From a virus: a stretch of 64,000 nucleotides of DNA. The notes beneath the pieces were generated by a model. The model saw only the letters and a program-made list of their open reading frames with translations. It ran no database searches and had not been told where the DNA came from. Shown here in pieces: positions 1-8,662 of the stretch. Each line of letters opens with the position of its first letter. Position 1 is the stretch's first letter. Location of the stretch: the IMG/VR virus record IMGVR_UViG_3300045988_154277. One strand, 5' to 3'. The position numbers and the translations under genes are program-made.

Positions 1-35
1 ATGCATCCGGACAGGCACAGACGATCAGCGAGTGG

Positions 36-1106
36 ATGAGATACGTGAACACAGTCGAACTGAGAACCAGTATCTATAAAACTCGATTTTTAATGGGACC
101 TTTTGTTTACAGTCCATTCGTCAATCTGTGCAAACAGATCTTACACGATGTAGCAGTGACTGATCTATTAAAAAATAGAAGTGATTACGCGAGGTATCAA
201 CAGATCTACTATCTAATCGGATCTTACCGAGGGATGTTCGATCCTGTATACAACGTGAAATCATCTGGAGGTCTCTTCACCAAAGGTTCTACAGCTGATT
301 ACGTTCTCAACGTGATGAGAACTTCTCCGATGCAATCTTTGCCATTGGATCGTTCTTGGGATCACTGGAAAGAACTGCAACCGACCAGGATCATCTACCA
401 CGACTCTATGGAGTTGGTGACCGATCTCGGATCATTCAGTGTTGAGTTCAAGAAACATCCAGCATCTTGGATGACCTGTTCAATCGATCTGATCCTGCTG
501 ATCTTCAAATATCTGAAGTTCGTGGAATACGGTAACAACACCGGAGATGATACCGATATCGAAACCTATCTTCAACGTTACGTAATCCCAGGATGGTTCG
601 ATGATCTTCGCAACATCTGGCTGTTCAACGTATTGAACGCGATGATGTTCGATCAGTTCCGTAGGGAAGACGTTTACACAGATGGGACGATCGCTCCTTT
701 ATCTGGATTACTCGGGGTTGCTCCTGATATCCACAGGATCCAAGCAGAAGCTCAACAGAAAACTCTGTTGTTCGGTGAAGTATTGGTAACCGAATGGTTC
801 GGTCATACCAAGCCATTGCTCGCATGGATCCGTGAGATTCACGATGATCTCAGTGTACCAGATCTCAGGCAATATGCACATCTGAAGTTCCTGGAAGAGT
901 TCCCGTATGTTGCATTCGTCATACGACTGAACAACATGATCCGTTCCAGGGAAAGTGCGAAGGTGAATCGAGAGCTCTATCAGCTCCTGAAACGCTACGA
1001 TGATAGTAATATCTATGCGAACCTTCCTCAACAGCAACTGAGAGACAAAATGTCGTATGAAGTAGGACATCTTCTGTCAGAGACGAAAGAATACCAATCC
1101 TACTAA
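36..1106 (+). CDS. hypothetical protein; reading frame is open back to the window edge, so it may be 5'-truncated
   Basis: 356-aa ORF with phage-like codon usage. No stop in frame between nt 3 and 36. No recognisable motif. Confidence 0.5.
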   Translation: MRYVNTVELRTSIYKTRFLMGPFVYSPFVNLCKQILHDVAVTDLLKNRSDYARYQQIYYLIGSYRGMFDPVYNVKSSGGLFTKGSTADYVLNVMRTSPMQSLPLDRSWDHWKELQPTRIIYHDSMELVTDLGSFSVEFKKHPASWMTCSIDLILLIFKYLKFVEYGNNTGDDTDIETYLQRYVIPGWFDDLRNIWLFNVLNAMMFDQFRREDVYTDGTIAPLSGLLGVAPDIHRIQAEAQQKTLLFGEVLVTEWFGHTKPLLAWIREIHDDLSVPDLRQYAHLKFLEEFPYVAFVIRLNNMIRSRESAKVNRELYQLLKRYDDSNIYANLPQQQLRDKMSYEVGHLLSETKEYQSY

Positions 1107-1247
1107 AAGACAGTATGTGCTCTATGCCATCAGGACAGTGACCCTTGCGAGTCAACCATTCTGACAGTATAAGATATATACGTCAGTAAAAATATATTGA
1201 TACATAGAGAAGGACTCACCATCCTTCTCTATGTATCGTTATACTGG

Positions 1248-2888
1248 TTAGAAGATCCCAACCTTAGGTCCTGTCCCAATCGCGTTCATAAGGGTAGCAA
1301 CATTGCCTCCTCCATTGTTGCTGGCGATAGCACCAGCTAACGCTGCGATATCTTGACCTCCACTGGAGACCTCTCTATTTGATCTCGCAGAGTCGATATC
1401 CGACACCGTATCACCCGTCGGTGCATTGTTCGCCGGAGTATACTCCAAAGACAATACCAGATCGCATTGACAGGTATGAACATACTCACTACCGTGACGA
1501 CCTACTTCTAAGAAAGTGTAGGATACTCCAGAACAGATCCCTGTTTTGGTGGTATACATCGAAGTAGCACTGACGGTAGCACCTTGTTCTCCATTAGCGA
1601 TATTGTCTCCATCGTAATGGTAATAGACACAGTATCCTGGTTTAAATGTGAATGGTACTGCAGCAGCCCATTGTGTTGTTACGATCACTCTACGATAAGC
1701 GTTCAAGAGTTCACGAAGCTTATACGGGTTGCTATCATCGAACCGGAACATCGGTTGATAAGCGTTGTACGTCATACCGAGATCCGACTCACCTGCCGAG
1801 AACATATTGGTATTCAACTCACTGACCGATACCTTACCAAGTCCCGTAGCACCTGACTCACCGATCGTAGTTGCACTGTCAATGATCCTGGTAGCATCTT
1901 GGATGATCATAGAGGTACCGTCCATCTCGGACCCACTATCTTGGAGATCTTGCTCCTTAGCGAATCCGTTCAAGATGATGTGTGTGATCGTATCCGCCAT
2001 CGCGTGGTTGACATCGTTACCAGTGTAGTTGTTGCCCACATAGTAAAGATGTGCTGACTCAGGAGTGGTTGGTTTGGTCTCGCACTCAGGGAACACGTAG
2101 AGTGTTTCGTCAGTATAGTAGAACCCTAATCCCTTGTTGTACACTCCATAGTAGGACTGTAAGAACACCATCGCCTGATCGAACGACAAGCTCGGTGGGA
2201 TGTAGAAGTTTTCATAGGTTTTAGTGTTGTCCGGCTGAACGATCGCTGTCTTCTTGATCTCACACAACTTACAGATCAACAAGATCGCATCTTTTATCGT
2301 CACTTGTCTGGCGATGAAGTTCAACTTGATCTTACGGAGATTGTAAGAGGATTGGTCGATCAACTGGAACTCAGCATCAGGGATCATCGCTCCTTGTTGT
2401 TCTTGAGTCATCTGACCCTGTGTATCCGGAACAAGAGCTTCTTTGGAGTACTTCTTACGAATATCGGATTTATCCTTGAAGATCACAAGATACTCTTTGA
2501 TGATTGTGGGAGCAGTCTCACGTTTCATCGTGTTCTTATTCGTCGGTATGAACTTCAGAGAACATTTCAACCCTCTTGAGTTGTCATACATCTGAAGATA
2601 CTGCGCTGGCATCAATGACACCACCAATGAGATCTCATCGGTATAACTACTGTTGAAGTTCTGTTCGATCGTAAGCTTCACAACTTCAAACGGTGTTACC
2701 TCAAATCGTTCGTTGTTCGTTCTATTATCACCAAAGAACAGACATTCGATCGTGTACGATCCGAAGGTAGGACGTTCTGTGATGTTGATCGAAGAAGTGT
2801 TCGGTGTATCCGGAGACGATGCTTCGTTAAGGATCAGATCCACGTTGGCTTTCATCGTATCCGATACTGGCATGATGTATTGAGACAT
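1248..2888 (-). CDS. hypothetical protein, possibly structural
   Basis: 546-aa ORF, Gly/Thr/Ser-rich C-terminus. First gene of a coupled minus-strand block 1248..6671. Confidence 0.5.
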   Translation of the reverse strand: MSQYIMPVSDTMKANVDLILNEASSPDTPNTSSINITERPTFGSYTIECLFFGDNRTNNERFEVTPFEVVKLTIEQNFNSSYTDEISLVVSLMPAQYLQMYDNSRGLKCSLKFIPTNKNTMKRETAPTIIKEYLVIFKDKSDIRKKYSKEALVPDTQGQMTQEQQGAMIPDAEFQLIDQSSYNLRKIKLNFIARQVTIKDAILLICKLCEIKKTAIVQPDNTKTYENFYIPPSLSFDQAMVFLQSYYGVYNKGLGFYYTDETLYVFPECETKPTTPESAHLYYVGNNYTGNDVNHAMADTITHIILNGFAKEQDLQDSGSEMDGTSMIIQDATRIIDSATTIGESGATGLGKVSVSELNTNMFSAGESDLGMTYNAYQPMFRFDDSNPYKLRELLNAYRRVIVTTQWAAAVPFTFKPGYCVYYHYDGDNIANGEQGATVSATSMYTTKTGICSGVSYTFLEVGRHGSEYVHTCQCDLVLSLEYTPANNAPTGDTVSDIDSARSNREVSSGGQDIAALAGAIASNNGGGNVATLMNAIGTGPKVGIF

Positions 2889-2896
2889 AGGTCACC

Positions 2897-3532
2897 TCAC
2901 TTCATCATCTTCAAGAGATCCAACAAGGAGTTGGATTTTGGTGTTTCGATACCGTGATTCAACGCGTAGTCGCGTTTCAGCTCTTCATAAGCAGTCTTGA
3001 GTTTCCCGCATGTGCCTCTCATCGTTTCGATGTACTGTTTCAACTCTGAACTCCTGGAGATATAGGAGAACATCTCTTGTTCATACCCCTCCATGATCGC
3101 CCAGACCTTCGGCATATCCTCGATGTTCTGGAACTTGAAAGGAACATTATTCACATCCATATCCACGATCATAGCTGGTGGACAGGAGCTAATACACATA
3201 TTCAATTCAGCAGCCACATAGATCGGTTGTGGGATGAAATCATCTCTCATCACAGGTTCTCCTGTGATCTCCTGATACTCCTCATCGGTCACCATACGTC
3301 CATTGACGACAGCGTAACCGGAGTTACGATGTTGTTTGAAATAGTTCGGAAGCGTTGGTTGGTAATACTCTGGTATGTATACTCGGAAGACTTCATCGTT
3401 CATCCTGTCCGAGAATAGTTTTGTGTTCTGAGACATAAGAACCTCCGTAGATTTAGCATAGGGTGGTACTAGCAGGGTGAAGAAATACACCCTGCTAGTA
3501 CAGTGATCTTTACCAGGCATCTGCCGTTTCAA
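2897..3532 (-). CDS. hypothetical protein
   Basis: 211-aa ORF, tightly spaced with its neighbours. Confidence 0.45.
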   Translation of the reverse strand: MKRQMPGKDHCTSRVYFFTLLVPPYAKSTEVLMSQNTKLFSDRMNDEVFRVYIPEYYQPTLPNYFKQHRNSGYAVVNGRMVTDEEYQEITGEPVMRDDFIPQPIYVAAELNMCISSCPPAMIVDMDVNNVPFKFQNIEDMPKVWAIMEGYEQEMFSYISRSSELKQYIETMRGTCGKLKTAYEELKRDYALNHGIETPKSNSLLDLLKMMK

Positions 3533-5195
3533 ACGGATTGTAACCCAGTCGTTGAGCTAATGCTCGTTCGTCAGGAGGAAGACCTTCGTAAGACTCACCA
3601 CAATCTCCGTTGATTTCAGGAGGCTTGCCGTAATCGTCTTGCGCACGTCCACCATCATCGGGGATACAGTACCGATCACAATCTTCCAGACCATCCGTCC
3701 AAGGAGGTCCCGGATGATGTGGTGGAACAGGCATCGGAGGTCCTGGTTTGTGACAAGGACAACATCCCGATCCACCCGGAGGTGGTCCAGGAGGAGGCAT
3801 CGGAGGTTTCCGATCACAATCACAGCAGTACACACAAGTACTGCAGTCCATATCACAAGCATCGTTGGTGGGTTCTTCCACGATGATACCGCCCGATCCT
3901 GTTTCCAAGATCCCTTGGAGTTTCTTCAGAAGGAACACCAAGATCGGTATGAAGTAGAACCTCGCCAGTCGTTTACAGGTGAGGATCTTATCCACTAACT
4001 CCAGAAGTACTTTCGGTCTCACTTTCCCTTCCGACAGATACAGAAGGATCTGCATCTGGATCGTTCTCGTCTCAGCATCGTATTCTGTTGGGATGTTGAA
4101 CGGAGGATAGTTGTGTCTTCCATTCGGATGCAAACGAATATAACAGCGATTCGTCAGAGCGTTGATCCCAGCTGTTCTGTAATGAACACCCTTCAGGATG
4201 CGATAACATTTGTCGACAACGACTTCTTCAGGTACGGTATCTGGATCCAAAAGTCTTGCCCAGAAGGATCTGGACCACCACTCTGGTGATGGAACCAACT
4301 GGGTTGGGTATGCTCTGAAGTATTTATAATCGAACACTCTTGTGATGAACTCCACGATGTAAGGATCGTAGAGACAAGGGTTCTCAATGAATGTACGGTA
4401 GATATATTTCTCGTAGAACTCACTCACGTAATACTTGGAGAGTTTGGTGATGGCGTCTTTGACTTGACCCAAGGTCTCCGTCTCATCAGAGGTGAGAAGA
4501 GCTCCTTCTCCAGAGATATAACGTTGAAGATTGAAGTAACGTTCTTCAGTTACACGATCGTTCAACGTATCCAGTTGTTCTTTGGAGAGATAATCTACCA
4601 AGATAAACTTGATCTCATGGCCGGTGAGATCCTTGATCGACAGACGAGTTGGTGGGTCTGTTATCTTGTACAGACCATACACGCCTTTCTGTACTTCATA
4701 GATGAACAGGTCACCCGTCCAAGGTACGAAGAAAGGATAGAGTACCGCTTCTCCCGTGACTTGGGATTTCACCTTGCTTCCGTCATAGGAGAATGCAAGG
4801 CTGTCTTTCAACTTCATCTGGAAGTTGTTGATCTTCAGATACGCAACGTGTACATTATCCTGTTGAAAAGAAAGATCGTTGAAGAATGATCTCGCTGTTG
4901 CATCATTGTTCAGATTGTGATAGAACGTCACAGTGATGGACATTCCGGCACTGTATGCGAGGAGTGCTGTATCCAACGTCGTCTTCGCTGTAGTAGCTAC
5001 GGTGTTGTCAGCAGCATCCGTTGCTTGCACATATGGTTCAGATGCCAACGCCTGGGATGGTGTTGGGTTGACCACTGCGGACGAATCCACTTCTGGTTTC
5101 TCGGAAGGAGGAACCACGAAGCAACTGGTCTCACAGTTGGGTCTATTAGGGTTCTTTGGCTTACGAAGCGTGCCATTCGCTTTTGACATAGGCAT
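3510..5195 (-). CDS. hypothetical protein with a C-terminal Cys/Pro-rich tail
   Basis: 561 aa. The C-terminus contains CDMDCSTCVYCCDCD followed by a PPMPPPGPPPGG..CCPCHKPGPP low-complexity tail. Shares segments (NPCLYDPY, VVVDKCYR) with the adjacent ORF 5199..6671. Confidence 0.5.
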   Translation of the reverse strand: MPMSKANGTLRKPKNPNRPNCETSCFVVPPSEKPEVDSSAVVNPTPSQALASEPYVQATDAADNTVATTAKTTLDTALLAYSAGMSITVTFYHNLNNDATARSFFNDLSFQQDNVHVAYLKINNFQMKLKDSLAFSYDGSKVKSQVTGEAVLYPFFVPWTGDLFIYEVQKGVYGLYKITDPPTRLSIKDLTGHEIKFILVDYLSKEQLDTLNDRVTEERYFNLQRYISGEGALLTSDETETLGQVKDAITKLSKYYVSEFYEKYIYRTFIENPCLYDPYIVEFITRVFDYKYFRAYPTQLVPSPEWWSRSFWARLLDPDTVPEEVVVDKCYRILKGVHYRTAGINALTNRCYIRLHPNGRHNYPPFNIPTEYDAETRTIQMQILLYLSEGKVRPKVLLELVDKILTCKRLARFYFIPILVFLLKKLQGILETGSGGIIVEEPTNDACDMDCSTCVYCCDCDRKPPMPPPGPPPGGSGCCPCHKPGPPMPVPPHHPGPPWTDGLEDCDRYCIPDDGGRAQDDYGKPPEINGDCGESYEGLPPDERALAQRLGYNPFETADAW

Positions 5196-5198
5196 ACG

Positions 5199-6671
5199 TT
5201 ATTTCTCCTTTTGAATGGCTGTCTCCGCAACGATCACACAATCCCATACGAAGTGCCAAGGGTTACGTCCTTCTTTAATCAGAGGTGTCTTGCAGAGAAC
5301 CAACCGATAGATCCTGTTCGCACCCATCGTGTTCGGGAACTTCAAGTATCGTCCGTCGAATTCCAGTTTCTTAGGATCTACTTGAACATCGTCTGCGAAT
5401 ACAGCCAAGTTGTAAGGAGCGTCCGGATAGAGACACTCTTTCGGATGTTCTCTGTAGTAATCGACAACCACTTTCTTCAGAGCATGTGGTTCCAGATCTT
5501 CATAAAGATCCACTGTCGTGTATCGACACGGACAACACTCACACTTACAACGATCTTGACACGATGTACACGCTGTGTTATCCAGAGTGAAGACTCCGAT
5601 CAAGAACGGTTCTGCATGTTCGAAGGTGTGTCGACTGTAACTCGGTAAGGACCAATTGTCGTACCAAGGTAAACGGACAGGAAGCCGATACAAGAACTTC
5701 GAATTCTGATAAGCACCGTCAAATGACTCATACGGGTGTTTCAGATACCGAATCAAACGACCATACGCATCACTCTTCTCAACATGGACCAGTTCCTCTG
5801 GGATCAGAGTGTTGTGCAATACGATCGGATACTTCAGATAGAGCATATTCACCCTACCGAATTGAAGAGTTACATTGAAACTCAATGTGATCGCATCCGC
5901 TGAAGTACCAACTCCTTCTACCGTCGGTTCATCTGCATTGTAATCGATCGTAGCCAATACTTCATACAACTCCCTATGAACCACCATCTCGTGATGTTTC
6001 CCAGGGTTATACTCGTTGGTGATCAACCGCATCTTCCCCTGAGAACATTTGGTGATCCACTCCATCCCTTTACCCTTCTCAACACCAGACATCCGTCCAA
6101 GAACATAGAGTTCATTCAACAGAGGGATGGGAAACTTATAATCGTAAGTGAAGTTGTTCACAGTCAACAACTCACCACGTACGTAGGTACTCATCATGTT
6201 CGTCACAGCATCGAATGCGACCACTCGATCTGTGAAAGTCAACGCACACTCCATCTCTAAGAGACAAGGTTGTTCTCTCTCGATGATGTGTACATTCGTA
6301 GTGGGATCCAAGAACAGAGGTTTTGTGATCAACGCATCTCTTCTGTGGATCGCAGGATCCATGTGCTGACCAGGTGAGGTCACACTCCATTTCAATCCGA
6401 GCGGATTCGAATTGAATTTGATATTCACTGTCATCCCTGGTTCATTCAGGATGGCATGTCTTGATTGGATATCTCTCCATGATTTGGAAGGACCTGTGTA
6501 ACTGCTATTAATGTACACATGGTTCTTCATGTACTCCAGAAGTCCGAGATCCTGAAGGATCTTACGTGACATCTGATCCGCAAGAGGCTTCCAAACGTGG
6601 ATGATATTTTCAGACAACGTTGAGGAAGATATCAGCATAATACCCTCTTGATAAGTTAAACTTTTAAGCAT
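5199..6671 (-). CDS. hypothetical protein with a Cys cluster; partial paralog of 3510..5195
   Basis: 490 aa. Contains CTSCQDRCKCECCPCRY and VVVDYYREHPKECLYPDAPY, which match segments of the neighbouring gene. Confidence 0.5.
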   Translation of the reverse strand: MLKSLTYQEGIMLISSSTLSENIIHVWKPLADQMSRKILQDLGLLEYMKNHVYINSSYTGPSKSWRDIQSRHAILNEPGMTVNIKFNSNPLGLKWSVTSPGQHMDPAIHRRDALITKPLFLDPTTNVHIIEREQPCLLEMECALTFTDRVVAFDAVTNMMSTYVRGELLTVNNFTYDYKFPIPLLNELYVLGRMSGVEKGKGMEWITKCSQGKMRLITNEYNPGKHHEMVVHRELYEVLATIDYNADEPTVEGVGTSADAITLSFNVTLQFGRVNMLYLKYPIVLHNTLIPEELVHVEKSDAYGRLIRYLKHPYESFDGAYQNSKFLYRLPVRLPWYDNWSLPSYSRHTFEHAEPFLIGVFTLDNTACTSCQDRCKCECCPCRYTTVDLYEDLEPHALKKVVVDYYREHPKECLYPDAPYNLAVFADDVQVDPKKLEFDGRYLKFPNTMGANRIYRLVLCKTPLIKEGRNPWHFVWDCVIVAETAIQKEK

Positions 6672-6740
6672 AGCATGACCCCTGATAGGTAGGCTAGCCT
6701 ACCTATCAGGGGTATGGTGTATGCTTGTAAAGAGTACCGT

Positions 6741-7313
6741 TTACTGGGGCTTTTCGACGGTTTCCTGAGGTTCTTCTTTGGGAGCTTCAACAGCTTCCTT
6801 CTGTTCCACAGGAGCATCCGGTGTCCGTTGAGACAACATCTTGTCGACTTCATCCGGTTCCAGGATGACGTTGTACTGTTTCGGATTGATGAGCTTCCCG
6901 TCTTCTCCGGTGGAGCGATCGAAACTGTAGTACTTGTTCGGAAGAACAGCTTCGATCTGGAGTCCGTTGTACTGAGCGAATCCAAACACATCTCCGAAGG
7001 CTTTGCACTGGAGATACTTGTTCCAGTAGATAAAGTTGATGATCTTCAGATCCGAAGACGCAGTGTCTTCCTTATAGTTGATCTGGTAGACCGCTTCCAG
7101 AGGACGCTGAGAGAACAAAGTACCACCGAAGTCATCCATGACTTTACGGACACACAGTTCGAACGGGTTCTTGTCAGAACCATCCTGGATCTTCACCCAA
7201 AGGTTAACCGAGGCGATGGTTGCGGCGACGAGACGGTTGAGATGAAGGTCTTTGTCGATGAATACGGCGGGAAGAGGCTTCCCGTTCTTGACCAGTTGTA
7301 ATGCGACTGACAT
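6741..7313 (-). CDS. hypothetical protein with an acidic, Pro/Glu-rich C-terminal tail
   Basis: Start refined to the ATG at 7313 (MSVALQL), which has an AGGAG RBS 5 nt upstream. The ORF-track version extends to 7388. Confidence 0.5.
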   Translation of the reverse strand: MSVALQLVKNGKPLPAVFIDKDLHLNRLVAATIASVNLWVKIQDGSDKNPFELCVRKVMDDFGGTLFSQRPLEAVYQINYKEDTASSDLKIINFIYWNKYLQCKAFGDVFGFAQYNGLQIEAVLPNKYYSFDRSTGEDGKLINPKQYNVILEPDEVDKMLSQRTPDAPVEQKEAVEAPKEEPQETVEKPQ

Positions 7314-7354
7314 AGGAACTCCTATTGTTAAGTTGATGATGCGTAAACAAAAAA

Positions 7355-7380
7355 GAGAACTCTTGAGCTCAAGAGTTCTC
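7355..7380 (-). terminator. terminator-like hairpin with a T-tract on the minus strand
   Basis: Palindrome gagaactcttga gc tcaagagttctc. The minus strand continues TCTTTTTTGTTT. Confidence 0.55.
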
Positions 7381-7419
7381 CCATACACATGGTACCAGTA
7401 CTATGTTTGTTACAGATAC

Positions 7420-7896
7420 TCAATCTTCATCCGGATCTGAAGTATCGAGTGTTCTGTTGTTGAGGTCGGTTAGCACGATATCGACCGTATTCGTTTTGGT
7501 TGGATGATTGAACTCGAACGCTAACGTTTTCAAAGGCATACCGAGTACCCTGCAGCAGAACTCCATAAGCCTCTTGAACGTGATATGTCCTCGTCTCATC
7601 ATCTTGAGCATATTGCTCCTCTGTGTGGATGCTTGTTGCGGATGCTGACCGAGAACTTTAATCGCATACATCTTGTATCTCTCTTGGAAATACGGTTCTG
7701 TGATGCGACTGTCCTGACACAACTTGACCGCAACCTGATCCAACGGATAGGTGCTGTAGAAGATCGGGTCATTCTCCGTAAAGATCAGCTCCCCTTGTTC
7801 TTTCAGAGCTTCCAACTCGTCGATCTCCTGTCTCCGTGCATACTTGTTTACAAACATGTCCCGGATCCTCGAGTTCGCTTGATCCGGCTTTTCCAT
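7420..7896 (-). CDS. hypothetical protein
   Basis: 158-aa ORF followed by an intrinsic-terminator-like hairpin at 7355..7380. Confidence 0.45.
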   Translation of the reverse strand: MEKPDQANSRIRDMFVNKYARRQEIDELEALKEQGELIFTENDPIFYSTYPLDQVAVKLCQDSRITEPYFQERYKMYAIKVLGQHPQQASTQRSNMLKMMRRGHITFKRLMEFCCRVLGMPLKTLAFEFNHPTKTNTVDIVLTDLNNRTLDTSDPDED

Positions 7897-7900
7897 GTCG

Positions 7901-8662
7901 TCACCTCCTTGTTCGATGTTGACTGATATGTGTGTTGATGATCGTCTGGTGAAGGAGTAACATGCTACCCAGCATCTTGTTAGCTTGCGACTTCACCTTC
8001 GGATCTTGTTCGATCTTCTTGGTGACGACAGCCAGATAGATACTGGCTACATACCGCACACTGTCCAAGGCGTACTCCAGATACTTCTTACCTACATATC
8101 GTTCATCTTTCGCCGTTGTTGAGATGATCAACTGTAGTTTACGAAGTAGATCCAACGGATCATACAACATGATAGACATACGAGCGTAACGATCGCTGCT
8201 TAATGCAAATGATTGGATCACACTGATCAACGTTGAACTCCGGTTGGGATGAAGTGGATACCACTTCGTCTCCATCAACGCGAACAGTGGCATCATCAAC
8301 ATCAAGTTGATCCCACACTCGTGCTTCTCAATACGTAATATATACGTGAGAATCTGATAGACTAACGGGGGAGCTGGCATCTCCCCCAAGATCAGAGCGT
8401 CCACCAGTTGCCTGGTGGAACGTTCTTCCAAGAACCGCATACGAACACATCCGATCCGGAACAACTGTCCTGCCATGAACAGCTCCTCAGGAGAGGCACC
8501 ACCTCCCTTGTTGTAAGGATCTCGAACGATACAAGATACTTTCGCAAGGTACTTGAAGAATGGTTCTAACTCTACGAGAGGAGGATCATCCTTATTTGTA
8601 GTATCGATCAACCAGGCTTGGAACCTGGCGATCTCAGATGTGTCGAGATCACATCGTTTCAC
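7901..8662 (-). CDS. hypothetical protein, translationally coupled to the topoisomerase gene
   Basis: 253-aa ORF. Its start overlaps the stop of the topoisomerase ORF (ATGA overlap at 8659..8662). Confidence 0.45.
   Translation of the reverse strand: MKRCDLDTSEIARFQAWLIDTTNKDDPPLVELEPFFKYLAKVSCIVRDPYNKGGGASPEELFMAGQLFRIGCVRMRFLEERSTRQLVDALILGEMPAPPLVYQILTYILRIEKHECGINLMLMMPLFALMETKWYPLHPNRSSTLISVIQSFALSSDRYARMSIMLYDPLDLLRKLQLIISTTAKDERYVGKKYLEYALDSVRYVASIYLAVVTKKIEQDPKVKSQANKMLGSMLLLHQTIINTHISQHRTRR

Noticed and set aside
625-1155. Minus-strand ORFs (66, 120 and 78 aa) inside 36..1106
   Set aside because: They overlap a well-formed plus-strand gene completely and lack RBSs. The weak ninth promoter-like copy at 1171..1190 does not rescue them.
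3780-3860. CX3CX2C (CDMDCSTC) as a radical-SAM enzyme signature
   Set aside because: The motif lies near the C-terminus inside a Cys/Pro low-complexity tail, with no surrounding TIM-barrel-like sequence and no SAM-binding GGE motif.
8450-8560. DDPPL in ORF 7901..8662 as an N6-adenine methyltransferase DPPY-like motif
   Set aside because: It is DPPL rather than DPPY/F, there is no motif I (FxGxG), and the protein is only 253 aa with no other methyltransferase features.
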